Below, in pieces: positions 36,658-50,489 of a stretch of 64,000 nucleotides of DNA. Where the stretch lies: NCBI RefSeq assembly GCF_036321535.1, contig NC_087437.1:91762001-91826000 (forward strand). The letters run 5' to 3'. This stretch comes from Camelus dromedarius. Lineage: Eukaryota. The notes beneath the pieces were generated by a model, which had not been told where the DNA came from, made no database searches, and saw only the letters and a program-made list of their open reading frames with translations. Position 1 is the first letter of the stretch. Each line of letters opens with the position of its first letter. A program made the translations under genes and the position numbers.

Positions 36658-38410
36658 TTATATTAAAAATATCCATACTACCCAAAGCAATCTACAGATT
36701 TAATTCAATCCTTGTCAAAATACCCATGGCATTTTTCACAGAACTAGAACAAATAATTCTAAAATTTATATGGGACCACAAAAGACCCCAAATAGAAAAA
36801 GCAATCTTGAGGAAGAAGAACAAGTACAGAGGTGTCTAGCTCCCTGACTTCAGACTATACTACAAAGCTACAGTAATTAAACAGCATAGTATTGGCCAAA
36901 AACAAAAACAAAATATAAATTTTCTATATATCAGAAAAGAGATACATAGATCAATGGAACAGAATAGAAAGCCCATAAATAAAAACATGCACCAATGACA
37001 AAGGAGGCAGGAATATACGATGGAGAAGACAGTCTTCAATAAGTGGTGCTGGGAAAACAGGACAGCTACATGTCAAAGAATGAAGTTAGAACATTTCCTC
37101 ACACCATACACAAAAATAAGCTCAAAATGGATCAAAGACCTAGAAGTAAGATTTGAAACCTTAAGACCCCTAGAAGAGAACATAGGCAGAACACTCTTTG
37201 ATATAAATCACTAATTATTTGTTGGGTCTGTCTTCTAAGGCAAAAGAAATAACAGCAAAAATAAACAAATAGGACCTAATCAAAGTTAAAAGCTTTGGCA
37301 CAGCAAAAGAAACCACTGAAAAAATGAAAAGGCAACTTACTGAATGGGAGAAAATATTTGCAAATGATATGACTGATAAGGGATTAGTATCCAAAACATA
37401 TAAACAGCTCATAGAACTCAATATAAAAAAAAAACAACAATTAAAAAATGAGCAGAAGACCTGAATAAACATTTTTCCAAAGAAGATATACAGATGGCCA
37501 ACAGGCACATGAAAAGATGGTTAACATCATTAATCATCAGAGAAATGCAAATCAAAACCACAGTGAGACATCACCTCATATCTATCAGAATGGCTATCAT
37601 CAAAAAGTCTATAAATAACAAATGTTGGCTAGGATGTAGAGAAAAGGGAACCCTTGTACACTGCTGGTGGGTATGTAAATTGGTATAGCCACTATAGAAA
37701 ACAGTATGGCAGTTCCTCAAAAAACCAGAAACAGAATTATTATACAATCTAGCAATTCTATTGCTGTGTATATAGACAAAAAATGAAAACTTTAATTTGA
37801 AAAGATACATGCACCCCAGTTTTCACAGCAACATTATTTTCAGTAGCCAAGATATGGTAGCAAACTAAATGTCCATCGACAGATGAATGGATAAAGAAGA
37901 TGTGTTATATATGTATATATAAACATATATGCATTTATCTTATATATAAATAAATAATAGAATATTACTCAGCCATAAAAAAGAATGAAATTCTGCCATT
38001 TGCAACAAATTGGGTGGACCTAGAGAGTATTATGCTTAGCAAAATAAGTCAAGTAGGGGAAGAAAAATACTCTATGTTATCACTTATATGTGGAACCTAA
38101 AAAATAAACAAATATATATAACAAAACAGAAACAGACTCAGACATAGGGAATAAACTAATGGTTACCAGTGGGGAGAGAGAAGTGGGGAGGGACAAGATA
38201 GGAATATGGGATTAAGTGGTACAAACTACTATGTATAAAATAGATAAGCAAGTAAGGTATTATACAGTATAGGTAAATATAGCCATTGTTTTGTAGTAAC
38301 TTTAAGTGAAGTATAATCTATAGGTATATTGAATCACAAATTTATACACCTGAAACTAGTAATATAAATGTACTATTTTTAATAAAAATAAACATTTTTG
38401 AACAAAATTA
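36658..38410 (+). mobile_element. 5'-truncated LINE-1 (ORF2 C-terminus and 3'UTR)
   Basis: ORFs 37020-37214 '[36 protein letters not shown]' and 37494-37688 '[23 protein letters not shown]' are ORF2p. Ends in aataaa and an A-rich tail. Confidence 0.93.
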
Positions 38411-38789
38411 AAAATAAGATAGTGTTGGATCTCTATAGTTCCAGATTTGTAGGTATATCCATGATTTATAAAAAGAAAGGAAAATCAAAGTTGAAGATTA
38501 TATTTATAGTATTTTTTCTTTAGGAATTAAAGCTATGAAAGAAAGCTTTATAAAGCTTTCTATATGTAAGTGCATGAACAAAGGAAAATTAAACACAACA
38601 ATTTGTTTATGCTAGTCTAAAGAGTATGTTAAAGTGTGAGTGAAATATTAGAAAATTGTGAAAAAATAACTTTAATATTTCAATGCATTTTGGGAGTGTC
38701 ATTATTTCTAATTTTCAGCCAAGTGTTTTAGTGCATATTTTAATCTTATGTAACTTGTTTAGTGGTGTTTAATAACCAAAGTTTCCATT

Positions 38790-39960
38790 AATTTAATTAG
38801 ATATTTAAGGACAGAAAATGTACACTAATAGCTCAGGTACCAGATCTTCAGAAACTCAGTTTGGTGAAGAAAATGAATTGTAAAAATAATGAAAAATTAT
38901 ATAACAATTTCATACAAACTACAGTATATATTACTTTAGGAAAGAGAGAGAAAATGCTTAACTATCCAGGAGAACAGACAGTGGTTTACCAAGCAGATGA
39001 TATTTGATCAGAATCCTGAAGAATGAGTAGGAGTTCAGTTATTAAGGGACAACTGGGATACATTAGGGTCAGAATTGAAGCTGCTCATGGAAGTTTGTGG
39101 AAGATTAGTTCAAAAATGTAGTCCAAGGTCTCAAATATCAAGGGTTTTGTATAACTTACTAATGATAATGAAAACAGTTACCATTTTGGGGCAGTTATAT
39201 GCCAGTCACTAGCCTAAGGGGTTGATAGCAATTGTCATTTAATTTTATACTTTGAATGACATTAAAACATTGGTATTCAGTATCTTGTAATTATAACAAA
39301 AAAAAAGAAATGTTTTTTTCTCATTCTCTGATTTCTCTTTTCCTTTCTTTTTTTCTTATAGATTTCTACCTTTTTTTTTTAATTGTAAAAGAATCATTGG
39401 TAGATCAACATTTTACATATGAAAGTGAAGTTAAACATCTTAGTTATGGGTTTTATTTTCAGGCCATGCTAGCAGAAACATTTAGGAAATCAGAATTATG
39501 TCAACAGTAACATGATCATTATTTTAGAGTGTCAAGGTGATACTATTATAGACATTCAGGAAAGAAATATTAAAAATATAAAGCAGGTGCATAAGAAAAC
39601 GGAGATAGTGGACATGATTTAAGTGATACTGGGATAGTTGGCAATCTGCTGAATCTTCAAAATTGGGAAAACATGCAGTCACATTTGACCTAATGTGTAG
39701 GTGCCTGAATAAACAAAAATTCTATAAACTAAAATCGTGAGAGTAGTAAAAAGAACGTGACTTATTCTTACTCTGGGGAGATCATAAGTTCAAATTTAAA
39801 CTTAAAAAAACCTGAGTTGGCTCTGGGAAATTCAGTTGAAGAATATCCAAGAAAAATTGGAAATATATTTTTGATTTTGTACAGAGGTGTGGCAGGTCTT
39901 GAAGGTCATCATCTTGTAGACAGAAATTGAGATCATGCATGTGGATATTACTTCCTTAAT
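38790..39960 (-). mobile_element. Fragmented L2, with a probable MIR piece at ~39160-39250
   Basis: 'gatgatatttgatcagaatcctgaagaatgagtaggagtt' and 'gtcatcatcttgtagacagaaattgagatcatgcatgtggat' are antisense L2 motifs. Confidence 0.55.
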
Positions 39961-40180
39961 TAACAATGAATTCTGATTGAGTCACTCATACTGCAGTGAT
40001 GTGATAACTCCCAATTATCAGTCAATTCTAAACACTAGAATCAAGACAGGAAGTATAGTCTCTGAGAGGTCACTCTGTCCTCTTTTCTTAGCTTAAATGC
40101 AAGTTGATTATCTGCCTTTATTTCTTTTTCCCTGGATATCATCCAGGGAATCCTAGAGATACCTTCCTAAAAAAATATCT

Positions 40181-40425
40181 TGAGGGGTGGGAAGGGACAG
40201 ACTGGAAGTTTGAGATTTCTAGATATTGACAGGTATATATACAGTAGATAAACAAGTTCAAACTGTATAGCACAGGGAACTATAAACAAGATCTTGTAGT
40301 AGCTCATGGTGGAAAATAATATGAAAATGAATATATGTTTATTCATGTATGACTGAAAAATTGTGCTGTACACCAGAAATTGAAACATTGTAAACTGAAT
40401 ATAACTCAATAAAAAAAGAAAAAAA
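40181..40425 (+). mobile_element. Young camelid-type L1 3'UTR fragment
   Basis: 'gggtgggaagggacagactggaagtttgagattt...gtatagcacagggaactata...cattgtaaactgaatataactcaataaaaaaa'. Loose TSD aaaaaatatcttgag / aaaaaatcttaag. Confidence 0.88.
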
Positions 40426-41464
40426 TCTTAAGAACTCAGAAATAGATACACATAAATATAACCATTTAATTTTTGACGAAGGAGCAAAAACAATTTGAGG
40501 AAGGTTAGCTTTTTTAACACATGATGCTGGATTAATTAAGCATTCTTAGGCAAAGAAGTGAACCTTAAACTAAACCTTACCTTGTATACAAATTTCAACT
40601 CAAATGGATCTTGAATTTAAATGTATAACACAAAACTATAACATTTTAGGAAACAATAGAAAATGAGAAATATGACTAAGAAAAGAATGCTTAGACTTGA
40701 CACCAAGAATATAATACATGCAAAAACTTGGTAAGTTTGATCTCACAAATTAAAAACATTTGCTCTGTGAAAGATCCTGTTAAGAGGATGAAGAGACAAA
40801 TTATAGACTGGAAGAAAATATTTGCAAAAAAAGGAAGACACAAATGCAAAAACCTCAACAGCGGTACAATTAGAAAGTGGCCAAGGGGCATAAACAGAAA
40901 TTTTACTAAAGAGGATAAACAGATAACAGATAAGCAAATGAGAAAAGGTCAACATCTAGAAATGCAAATTAGAAATACCATGAGTTATCACTACATACCT
41001 AACAGAATGGCTAAATATAAAATCAGTGATCCCACCAAATGCTGATGAGGATGCAGAGAAACTGGACCACTCACACATTGTTGATGCAAATATTAAAGTG
41101 TAAAGCCACTCTGGAAAATAGGCTGACAGTTTCTTTTAAAACTAAAAGAATGGACTTACCATATGTCCTGGCAATTGCAGTCTTGAGGAAATATCCTAGA
41201 GAAATGGAAATGTATTTTTATATTAAAATTTATAAATGAATATTCATAGCAGTGTTATTATTAATAGTCATAAAATGGAAGCTACCTAAATATCCTTCAG
41301 TGGTGAATGGTTAAGCAGTCTGTGGTACATCCATATGATGGGATACTCATCAACAGTACAAGGTAACAGACATACAACAGCTTGTGTGAATCTCATATCA
41401 TACTGAATGGAAAAACTTATCTAAAAATATCTACTGCATTCTGCTTATATAACATTTGTGAATC

Positions 41465-41507
<43 letters not shown>

Positions 41508-41930
41508 ATAATATTTGTGAATGTATATAACATCATTATGAAGATGAAAACCAGATTAGTGGTTGTAGGGCTTTGCCATGGGGAAGGGTAAGATAAGGCT
41601 CTGCAGGGGTAGCATGTTGGGAGTCTTGTGATCAAGATGCAGTAAGTAATCTGATTTTGGTGGTGAAGCCTCCATCGTAGGAAGGCTCAATTGTGAGAAA
41701 ATTGCACAAAGCTACACACACCCAAAACTATGTGCAAAGTTATATGTATAAATTTGTGCAGGTATAACTAGTGAAATCTGAATGGTAGCTATGGTTTGTA
41801 TCAATGTGTATCCCCTGGTTTGGACATGGCACTATAGTTATGCAAGATGTTAACACTGGGTTAAGCTGGAAGAAGGCTGCAAGAGATAATACTCTATGAA
41901 ATCTAAATTATCTAAAACTAAAAGGTCTTA
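40426..41930 (+). mobile_element. Old LINE-1 (L1MC/L1MD-like) ORF2 end and 3'UTR
   Basis: ORF 40728-41045 'KNICSVKDPVKRMKRQIIDWKKIFA...EMQIRNTMSYHYIPNRMAK'. 3'UTR 'gtgaaatctgaat...actatagttatgcaagatgttaacactggg'. Confidence 0.85.
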
Positions 41931-44074
41931 ATTTTTTTTCTCTTGAATCCTTAAAATATTACTGAATTACTGAATTCTTATGTAGTATTGAATAACTCTC
42001 AAGAAAATCTGTATTTGTTTTGTCAGTCTCCTGTAAATTTCCACAATATAGATATTAAGTTTTTAATACTTACATGTATTAATATTATCATGAATGCCAA
42101 CACAAGGTATATGGAGAGGGACAAAGCGAATACTATTTACATACAGAAAATAATAAACATGCCTTTTGCCTTTGCCTCAGTTCTTCACCCTAGGGTAAAA
42201 CTAGAACTAGAAGATGTCATCTTATAGATATCATAGTCTACTGTAAAGGAGAAATCCAAAAAAAAAGTGAATGTGGACATCTATATAGATAAGAGAGAGA
42301 AATTTTTCGAGTTAAAGATGATATGAGTTTCTGCAAATTTTTAATCCAGGGGTATCCCCACAGAAAGGGTGATTTATCTACTCTTGAAATGCAAACATTT
42401 AATTCTAGCGACATTTATCTCACTAGCTAATGAGTCATAATTTAACTTTTAGGCTTTTAGTTTAGAGTGGGTGACAAGTTTTAGTAAAATTTACTCCGAA
42501 AGCTCTAACTGTGAAGTAGTATATTCTTTTTCTTCCAGCCTCACAGAATATAGAATTTCCTGTTCTTCTATCTTTTCTATAAATAATTTCTGTTATACTT
42601 CTTTACTATCATGTTAAGTTCAATATCCATAAATCATCATTTTCAGTGAACTTGACAAGTTACTAAAATTATTTATAGACAGTATTTTGTCCCACAGGTG
42701 GATCTTTACAATGGGGATGAGAACTTCAGGATTTTACTTCTCTTACCCCAAGGAACTGAAAGAGAATTAGAAATATTATCTGGGCCACTTTTCCAACTGT
42801 GAAGCTGATTAGTTTTGAAAATAAGTGACCTAAGCGAATTTGTCTCCTCTCTTTCCAAAGTGCTTTTCTAAATTGTGTAAGAGTGTGTTTTCTCTTCTTA
42901 TGCTGCCTCTATACAAATTTGTGACTTATTCTCAATTATTATTATTTTTCACATATATTTGAATATTCCTCATTATGTCTATTTTTAATTAGCATTAAGA
43001 TAAAAATGTATCCATGTATGGATTTAAACTTGTTGATAAATATTTGTTTAAGATTTTAGGGGTATAAAGGATATCAGCCACTAGTTTACATTTCAACTTC
43101 AAAAACCCTTAAGAAATTTGAGTCCCATTGTAGGTCTCAGTAAATATTAGAAAAGTCTTACTGAGTGTGTCATTGGCTTACCAAAGTTCACTGAAGCATT
43201 CCTTTGTGCAATGCATGCAGACTTTAAGTGTGATTAATGGTAACAGACTTTGGTTAGAAAAGTTTTCTAATGATTCTAAAACAGAATTTTTAGAATGCTT
43301 ATTTTATTTTTCAATATCTACCTTAAGTTCAAAAGGAAAAAAAAAAAAGATAGATACCTGTAGCTTTGGATTTGAAGGGTTCTTTTTGTCAGGGCTTTTT
43401 TTTTTTTTTTTTTTTTTTCCGGGTGGAAGAGGTAGATTTTAAGCAGAAATGCTATTCAGAACCACTTGTAAAGTAACTGAAATGGCCAACATTAATATTT
43501 CGGGCAGGTGACATGTACATTGACAATCACCCTATGAATTCAAGATCTAAAATTTTGAGTATTTGTGTAAGATTATAAATCTTTCCTTGTGAGGTTTTAC
43601 AGTATCGGCCGAATGTCAGTGACTACACATCTAGAACCTGAGATTTCTTTGTGTGAAGTGAAACAATCATGGAAAGTTTGTTAAATGATTTATATAGCCT
43701 AAAATTTGCATGCACATTATTGAATATGCATAAAGCTCCTTTTGCAACAGTTGCTGATGACAAAACCCAAGGAAGGCAACATAAATACACCTAAGATGTC
43801 TCTTAAACAGCATCTCCAAAAAGGAAAAGAAAAAAATTACATGAGGAAAATAAATATGTCTTACATTTTTTAAAATTTTCTAAGTTATCATTCATGTTGC
43901 AAAAGAAGGAAAAGCTGTTTGTACTGGTGCCAGATTCATCTGAGCATCAATATAGTAAAAATTTAGAAAAACAACTGTGATACACACTATAAATGACTAG
44001 AAAGGATTTAGGTAATTGATTTCAAGTGCTTTTTTTTGTTTTACAACTTCTTTATTATGATGATCAGATAATTA

Positions 44075-44400
44075 CTTTTTAAAAAATGAAGTTTTCTAAG
44101 CTTACACAAATATGGAAGGAATAGCATCATGAACTTCTTTGAACCCATTATGCAACTTAAACAATCATACCTATATTAAAACATTATTTCTTGTATAAGT
44201 TTGCTAGTGTCCACCTACAAATTATTTAAAAATAATCACAGACACCATATCAGCTTTTCAATAGAAGTCCCACTATGTAACAAGAACATAAACACATCTT
44301 TTAATATAACCAATTTTCTAACAATGTCCAATATCTGGTTTCTGTTCAAATTTCTCTGCTAATCTGAAAGTATGTTTAAGTTAATTCATTCATTTCATTC
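44075..44400 (-). mobile_element. Decayed L1MC4/L1ME-type 3' end
   Basis: 'cttacacaaatatggaaggaatagcatcatgaac...acccatta...caatatctggtttctgttcaaatttctc'. Confidence 0.5.
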
Positions 44401-45325
44401 ATAATTGAATATTAATGAGTCTCACCTATTACTCTTGGTATATACATACTTAATATTATTGGTTTTGTGTCCCTTAACTCTTTTTATCTATAATTTGTTT
44501 GTTGTTCCCACCTTGTCACCTTTTTTAATGCTAGCTTTTGAAAAAAAGCAAAAAAAATCCATATGTATTATACTGTAACAAATTTGAACTATTAAAGATA
44601 ACCAACACTTCTGCCTAAAATGAACTTCTTAAAAAGAATGCTATTCTTTATTTTCGGTAAGGCTTTTTATTCAAATCTTTTTTTTTTTAGATTTTTTTCA
44701 ACTTGCAATCATACAGTGAAGCACTTAAGAACAAACCCAGCGGATATCTTTGTCCAGTAAGTACATTTTCCATAGCAGAGTAAGTACATATTAATGATAG
44801 TTTGAGGTAGGCATGCAACGTTTCACAATATTTTTGGAATGAGCTATATTTAACATTAGGTTATAATATTAATTTTGAAAAGTATAAATAAATTAGAATT
44901 CCTCATATATTTATGTGTAATCTTTAAATATATTTCAAAGACATTTCTCACTTTTGGAAGGTATGTGTCAATAAGAGGAACTGAAGTTTATTTTCTTTTT
45001 ATTTTATAGATTAGATTTTAATAAAAATTTTATCAGCATATTTCATAGGTTCAATACACATAACACAAAACACTGAGTATAAATTTTAGTAATGTGTTTT
45101 TAGAGGACCACATTAGGCTACATGAAAATAAAAAGTGGTTCAGTTCAACAGAAGTTTGCACTGGTATGTTAATATAATCCATTTGTAAATTCCAGGACAC
45201 TCTTCTGCAGTATTTTTGCCTATAGACCACTACCTGACATTTCTGTACACTATTATAAAACTATACAAACAATTTAATGCTGTCTGAAACTGCATCTCAG
45301 ACTTTAATATATTTTTTCTATGTAC

Positions 45326-45560
45326 AGAATCATAAAACATTAGAAGCTAGAAAAGCAAAAGACTTCTAGGTCATCTTGTCTCTCTGTTCCAATATGAGAT
45401 TGTTCCAGGCAATGTGTGCTTAAATATTCTAAGAAAGATTTTTAAATGATTCCAGTGAGAGAGCTTCTACCTCTTCCCATGGGATCCCACTCTGCAATCT
45501 AACGGACTTCAGTAGAAACCTATTTCACATTCTAACTTAGGTTTTTATCTCTTTCCTTTG
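45326..45560 (-). mobile_element. L3/CR1 LINE 3' fragment
   Basis: 'cagaatcataaaacattagaagctagaa...aggtcatct...ttccagtgagagagcttctacctcttcc...cccactctg...tctaacttag' follows the antisense L3/CR1 terminus. Confidence 0.6.
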
Positions 45561-46694
45561 CCACACTTTGTTGAGTTTGGTGTTGGAATGCTGCTTTGTC
45601 AGGTTGTCCTTCAGATCTCATAAGCATCTCCGCAGCCACACCACTTTTTAAGTGCATGGGAAGGAAAAACATTAGGATAATAAAGGAATCTTACTGTATC
45701 ACAATGTGTTTAATAATACTGTAGAAAAAACTTTAAAATATAATTGCAATTTAACTTCAACAGAGAAGTTAAGTGCTTTAGTGACACTTCTCATATGTAT
45801 TTCCTAATCTAATGGAACACATATTCATTTAGAGAAATGATATGAAAAGCATGCTGAGCCAATCTAACTTCTTAAACCAGAGCAGTAGGTTATCCAAAAT
45901 CATTTGAAACCAATATTCCATTGATTTCATACTCAACATTCCTAAATCTCTGAAAAATAAAAACAGTGGTAGAAATAAACAATGAAAGAGAGCTCACTGA
46001 ACAAGACTCCTTTTGTTGAGAAAAATCTGGACTAATTCTGACTGTATAGTAGAAGTACAACGTTGAGTGTTTTATACATACATACAAACATTCCAAATAT
46101 CAAATTATTCTTTAAACTGAGCCGAAAGTGACCTTTTGCATTAGTAAATATTTTCTCTTAAGGAGAAGCCATTATAATCTAGTCAACTATAACCAACATA
46201 TATATTACAAGCTAATCAGGAGAAAGATGTAGTTCTATTATTTTTAAATTAAATACTGTGGATACAAAACATTAGATATATCTTCATTAGAATTTAGGCT
46301 ACTCAGAGTTTTTTTTTTTTTTTAAGATTATCACCCCATTTCAAACATTTAAATGTCCTGATCCTAGAAGACTTCAGTGAAAAAGCAATTTGCTCCTTGT
46401 CCCTTTTTTAATGAAAAAGTTTAATATCTATATTTCAAAGCTTTTCTTTCCTTTTTTTTCCTTGGCGTGCAGTACCCAGTTCCATCTAATAAACATCTGG
46501 GGGAGACAGAGGGGATGACGCGGTGGGAGAAGAGAGAATGTCACAAATACATTTTATTGCAACACATTTTTTAAGGAAAAAAATCTCAATCCCTTTTCAT
46601 AATATCATTGATGATATTGTGTGGTTTTAAATATTAGAATTTTAATTGTTTTATCTCCTAGTCTATCTAAATTTAAATGTATTTTGCCAAGAAA

Positions 46695-46850
46695 ATATTG
46701 AATTGGAAGCTGGAATGACCAGGGACCAGGTTTAAGTTCTAATTCAGCTGGTAAATAGCAGGTAACCAAGTTCAAGATACTTGTTGCTCTGTGACTTTAT
46801 TTTCAGAACAAGTGCTTAAATTAAGTATCTATGAACTTTTCTGTAACCCG
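46695..46850 (+). mobile_element. MIR SINE core fragment
   Basis: 'gaccaggtttaagttctaattcagctg...tagcaggtaacc...caagatactt...ctctgtgacttt' resembles the MIR core. Confidence 0.45.
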
Positions 46851-48699
46851 AATTGTCTTTTTAAAAATATTTTTTGTTTTTATTGTTTTTCAAATATACA
46901 GTTTTGGTGGGTGTTTCAGTAACTGATTTTTAGATTTAGACGTATTGGAGATATTTTATTATTTTTACCATTCTCCATGTTTGTAACGTAATTTCTGTTA
47001 ATAACTGTTGACTTCATGTTCATTGACTGATCTGTAGCAATCCATCTCTTAGTCCAATATTTGCATTTGTATAACACCCCTTGTTCACAATTTAAAGTGC
47101 TTAATTTGGATTTAAATTGTGACAGGGACTACGAGAATTTAATCCTGAGAGCAATAAAACGAGGGAAAATGAATACTAGCATACAGGCAGTGATTATACA
47201 AACAGTCCATTTTACAGCTAAACGGTTTCTAAACATGAGGCATTTAAAATGAAAATAAAGAAAAAATAGACAATTATATGTTAAACATGCAACTTTATTC
47301 TGTGGAACTGAAAACATACCAATTTCTCAGTCACACTGTGAATATTGCAGAAGGAAGTATTGTCAAATGAAAAATTTGAGGCATGGCAGGCAAAACTCTA
47401 GAATCATGTAACAAATTATAATAGTATCAACATTGAAATAAGGATTTCTGCTGTCATTATTATATCAAATCTCTGTAAAGTACATCCTTTGCTAAACACA
47501 GCAACATGGTCTGAAAACTTGTAGATAGTGTTTAGCTTTTTTTCACACATGTAGATTTTCTTTATGGCAGGCTGTGAGGTTTGGTAGTTCTGTCAGTGGA
47601 GTTGAGAGGGAAAAAACATTACAGAAAGTGATAATAAAATAGCATATATCTACATTTGTAGAAACTTATAAAGTACAGCCTATAAGAGAATCTGAATCAG
47701 TAATGCTAATAACGTAGCACTGCATTTTGAATTTGTGTCATTTTGCATTCTTACTGATAACTATGTTGCTATCCTATGTTGGTTATTAAGGTACTCAATG
47801 AAAAATACTCATTTAAACTGTCTAACTTAGAAATAATACATGCGATCTTTTGAAAGCAAATAAGTAAATTAAAATTGCATAATCAAAAACTGAGGGAAAA
47901 AATACCATGAACCAGACTTTTTGTTTGTTCATTCTTTTCTGCTCATCTCCTTGTCTACAGCAGACAGTTCATCACTTGTTAACTTATGAAAGGTAGCAAA
48001 GATGGCACCATATACTGTTCACTGATCTGCCTCTATTTCTGTGCTATGGTAACCAAACATGTTCCTTTGTCATTGAATCTTCTTTTGTAGCATTGTTATA
48101 ACTCTTAATGGCTTCATACAATTCTGTTACAAGCAGATATACTAAAATAATAAATTATTTTCTATCACAGGTCATATATTCCATATTATCTTTTCTAAAA
48201 TTATGAATTGATGACCAGCTTTTAGAATATATTTACTTATGTGGCATAAATTCCTAGAAAAGGAAATTGTTGCAAATATTTTAAATATATTTAAGATTAA
48301 ATGAATAAAATGTATTTCCAAAGAAAATGCTGACACATGTAGGTAAATGGAACCAATATATATTTAGAATGCTTTCAATTTTATTGTAGTTCTCCTATGA
48401 GCAGATGATGTGATAAATTATATTAAAATATTTTATGATCTTAAACAATTCTATTGCTATAGTAAACTCTTTCTGACCATGGTACACATTAATCAATAGT
48501 TATTGATTAATTAAATCTATTTTATTTCTCATTTGTATTCATATTTATATTTGAAACAGATCAAAGAATTTTTTTCAGAATAGCACAGAAATCTAGCTTA
48601 TTACTCCATCATCGTATATTTTATGCACTTTTCTTCTAAAAAGTTTTTCAAAACATAGGACAGAATTTATCAGAAGTATTTGAAATCAAATAAATGGAA

Positions 48700-49800
48700 C
48701 ACAATAGGAAAATTGTCTTGATTACACTGAAAGCTTTATTCTAGGTCTTTGATAATTTTTGCCCTACTCTAGTTTTTACCATTCTTTTTACAGTCAATTT
48801 TAACTTACATTTTTCAGGAAAATAATTTGTTTTATAAAATTTTAAACTTTATTATAAAGTTGCATAAATATGTATTTTAAAAAAACTATAGACAAAAATA
48901 AACACAAACAAAACCTTTTCTACCTTTTTCTTAAATTCCATTTTTCCTTTTCAAGTTTGTGTTTGTAATTTCTCTTATTGATTATCAAACTTACCAGTTT
49001 TTTGGTATTAATTGTTATTTTTATTCCCCTAGAGTCATATTTGGATTTATTAAGAGGCAGATTCTAAGATTGGTTTCCTAATTTCTTAATTTTATTTTAA
49101 TCTTAACTTACTCAATTTCCTTCTTAGTTTTATAATCTTTTTTTCCAGTTTTTTACTTAACAGAAATTTCTACATTAATTCTTTTAGTTTACAATCCAAG
49201 TGTTTTAGGCTATGTATATGGTTCTAATTGCAGGTTTGACTGCTATCAGTTTGATTTGATGCATATGTTTCATAATCAATTTTCTTCACAAGTTATGACT
49301 CTTATTAGGAATACCACTTTAACTTCATGAATGATAAAAAGATTTTCTCCCTTCAAAGTTTGTTAGTCTGTTTATCTATATGATCTCTTTAAAACATATT
49401 GTTTTGATTATTTTATTAAAACGAATGAATGTAAGCAGAATACTTTTTAAAATTTTTTGGACACAAATGGGCTTTTTGTTGTCCTAGTTGTAATGAATTT
49501 TCTGTAGATAAGGCAGAATATTTTATATACATTATCAAAATTTTAAGTATATATTTAAGTATAGAATCATTTTGTTTATTATTTGATTTGTCAAAGATAC
49601 ATCCAGTAAAATCTGCAATATAAGATTTTGCTGTCAGTTTCCTCTTATATTTAATTTTTTATGTATTTATGTGCATAGAAATACTTGACTCTTTTATTCT
49701 TGTCAATAGAAACTCTTGCTAATATAAAATTGCCCTTACATTGTTTAGGTGTTTTTGTTCTGATATTAAGCTTTCTTTATGTTGCCTTTTTAAAAAAACT
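48700..49800 (-). mobile_element. Very decayed ancient L1 ORF2
   Basis: T-rich strand with scattered antisense ORF2-like motifs. Weak. Confidence 0.35.
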
Positions 49801-50489
49801 TGCATGTTATCTGTTCATTTGTCACACATTCTAAACGGTATTTTATTAGCAGAAGGACAGTGTGTTTAAAATTTTGTGTAAAGAAAGTCTCTGATTTATA
49901 TTTTTTGGATCAGGAGTGTTTTATAGCTAAAATAGATGTCTATGTTATATTAAGGAGTAATAGCTACATTCAAGAGAGTAAGAAATATTTTGATATTACT
50001 GCCCACATTGCTATCCCATTGCACTGGGATCAAAATAGGACACACATTCCTGAGGTCATAAACACTCCTATCTGCAGAATTCCTTACTGGAAATGGAAGG
50101 AATTCTTTGTGTCTGACCAAAAACAGAGAATGTACTTTTCTACTATAAAGAGTGTCTAAATGATTGTTTAGTTCTTAGGCTCGTAAGTGACATTTCAAAT
50201 GGAAAGAGAGACAAATGTCTGAGACAGAGAAAAGGAAGAATTTAATAGACTTTGAAATTTATGGGCAAAAGGAAGACTCAGAGAAGGGAAGAGAAAAACG
50301 ATGTTTATTTATCCAGTGTTTCAATCTTGAAAACCCAAGATAAAGGCAAAGCCAGTTTTCTAAAATTTGAGGTATCTTTTAAATAATCTAATTTTACTTT
50401 TTTAATGAATGAAGTGTGGTGGGGCAATTTTTTTTCTTATATATTAGTAGATTAGGCAGAATGTTCCAACAGATCCTGAAATTTACTTT

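Noticed and set aside
40128..40150. Hairpin ttccctggat-atc-atccagggaa
   Set aside because: A single 10-bp stem with no terminator or miRNA context is plausible by chance in 64 kb.
49800..50159. 119-aa ORF
   Set aside because: TTG start, no recognisable family and no exon boundaries.
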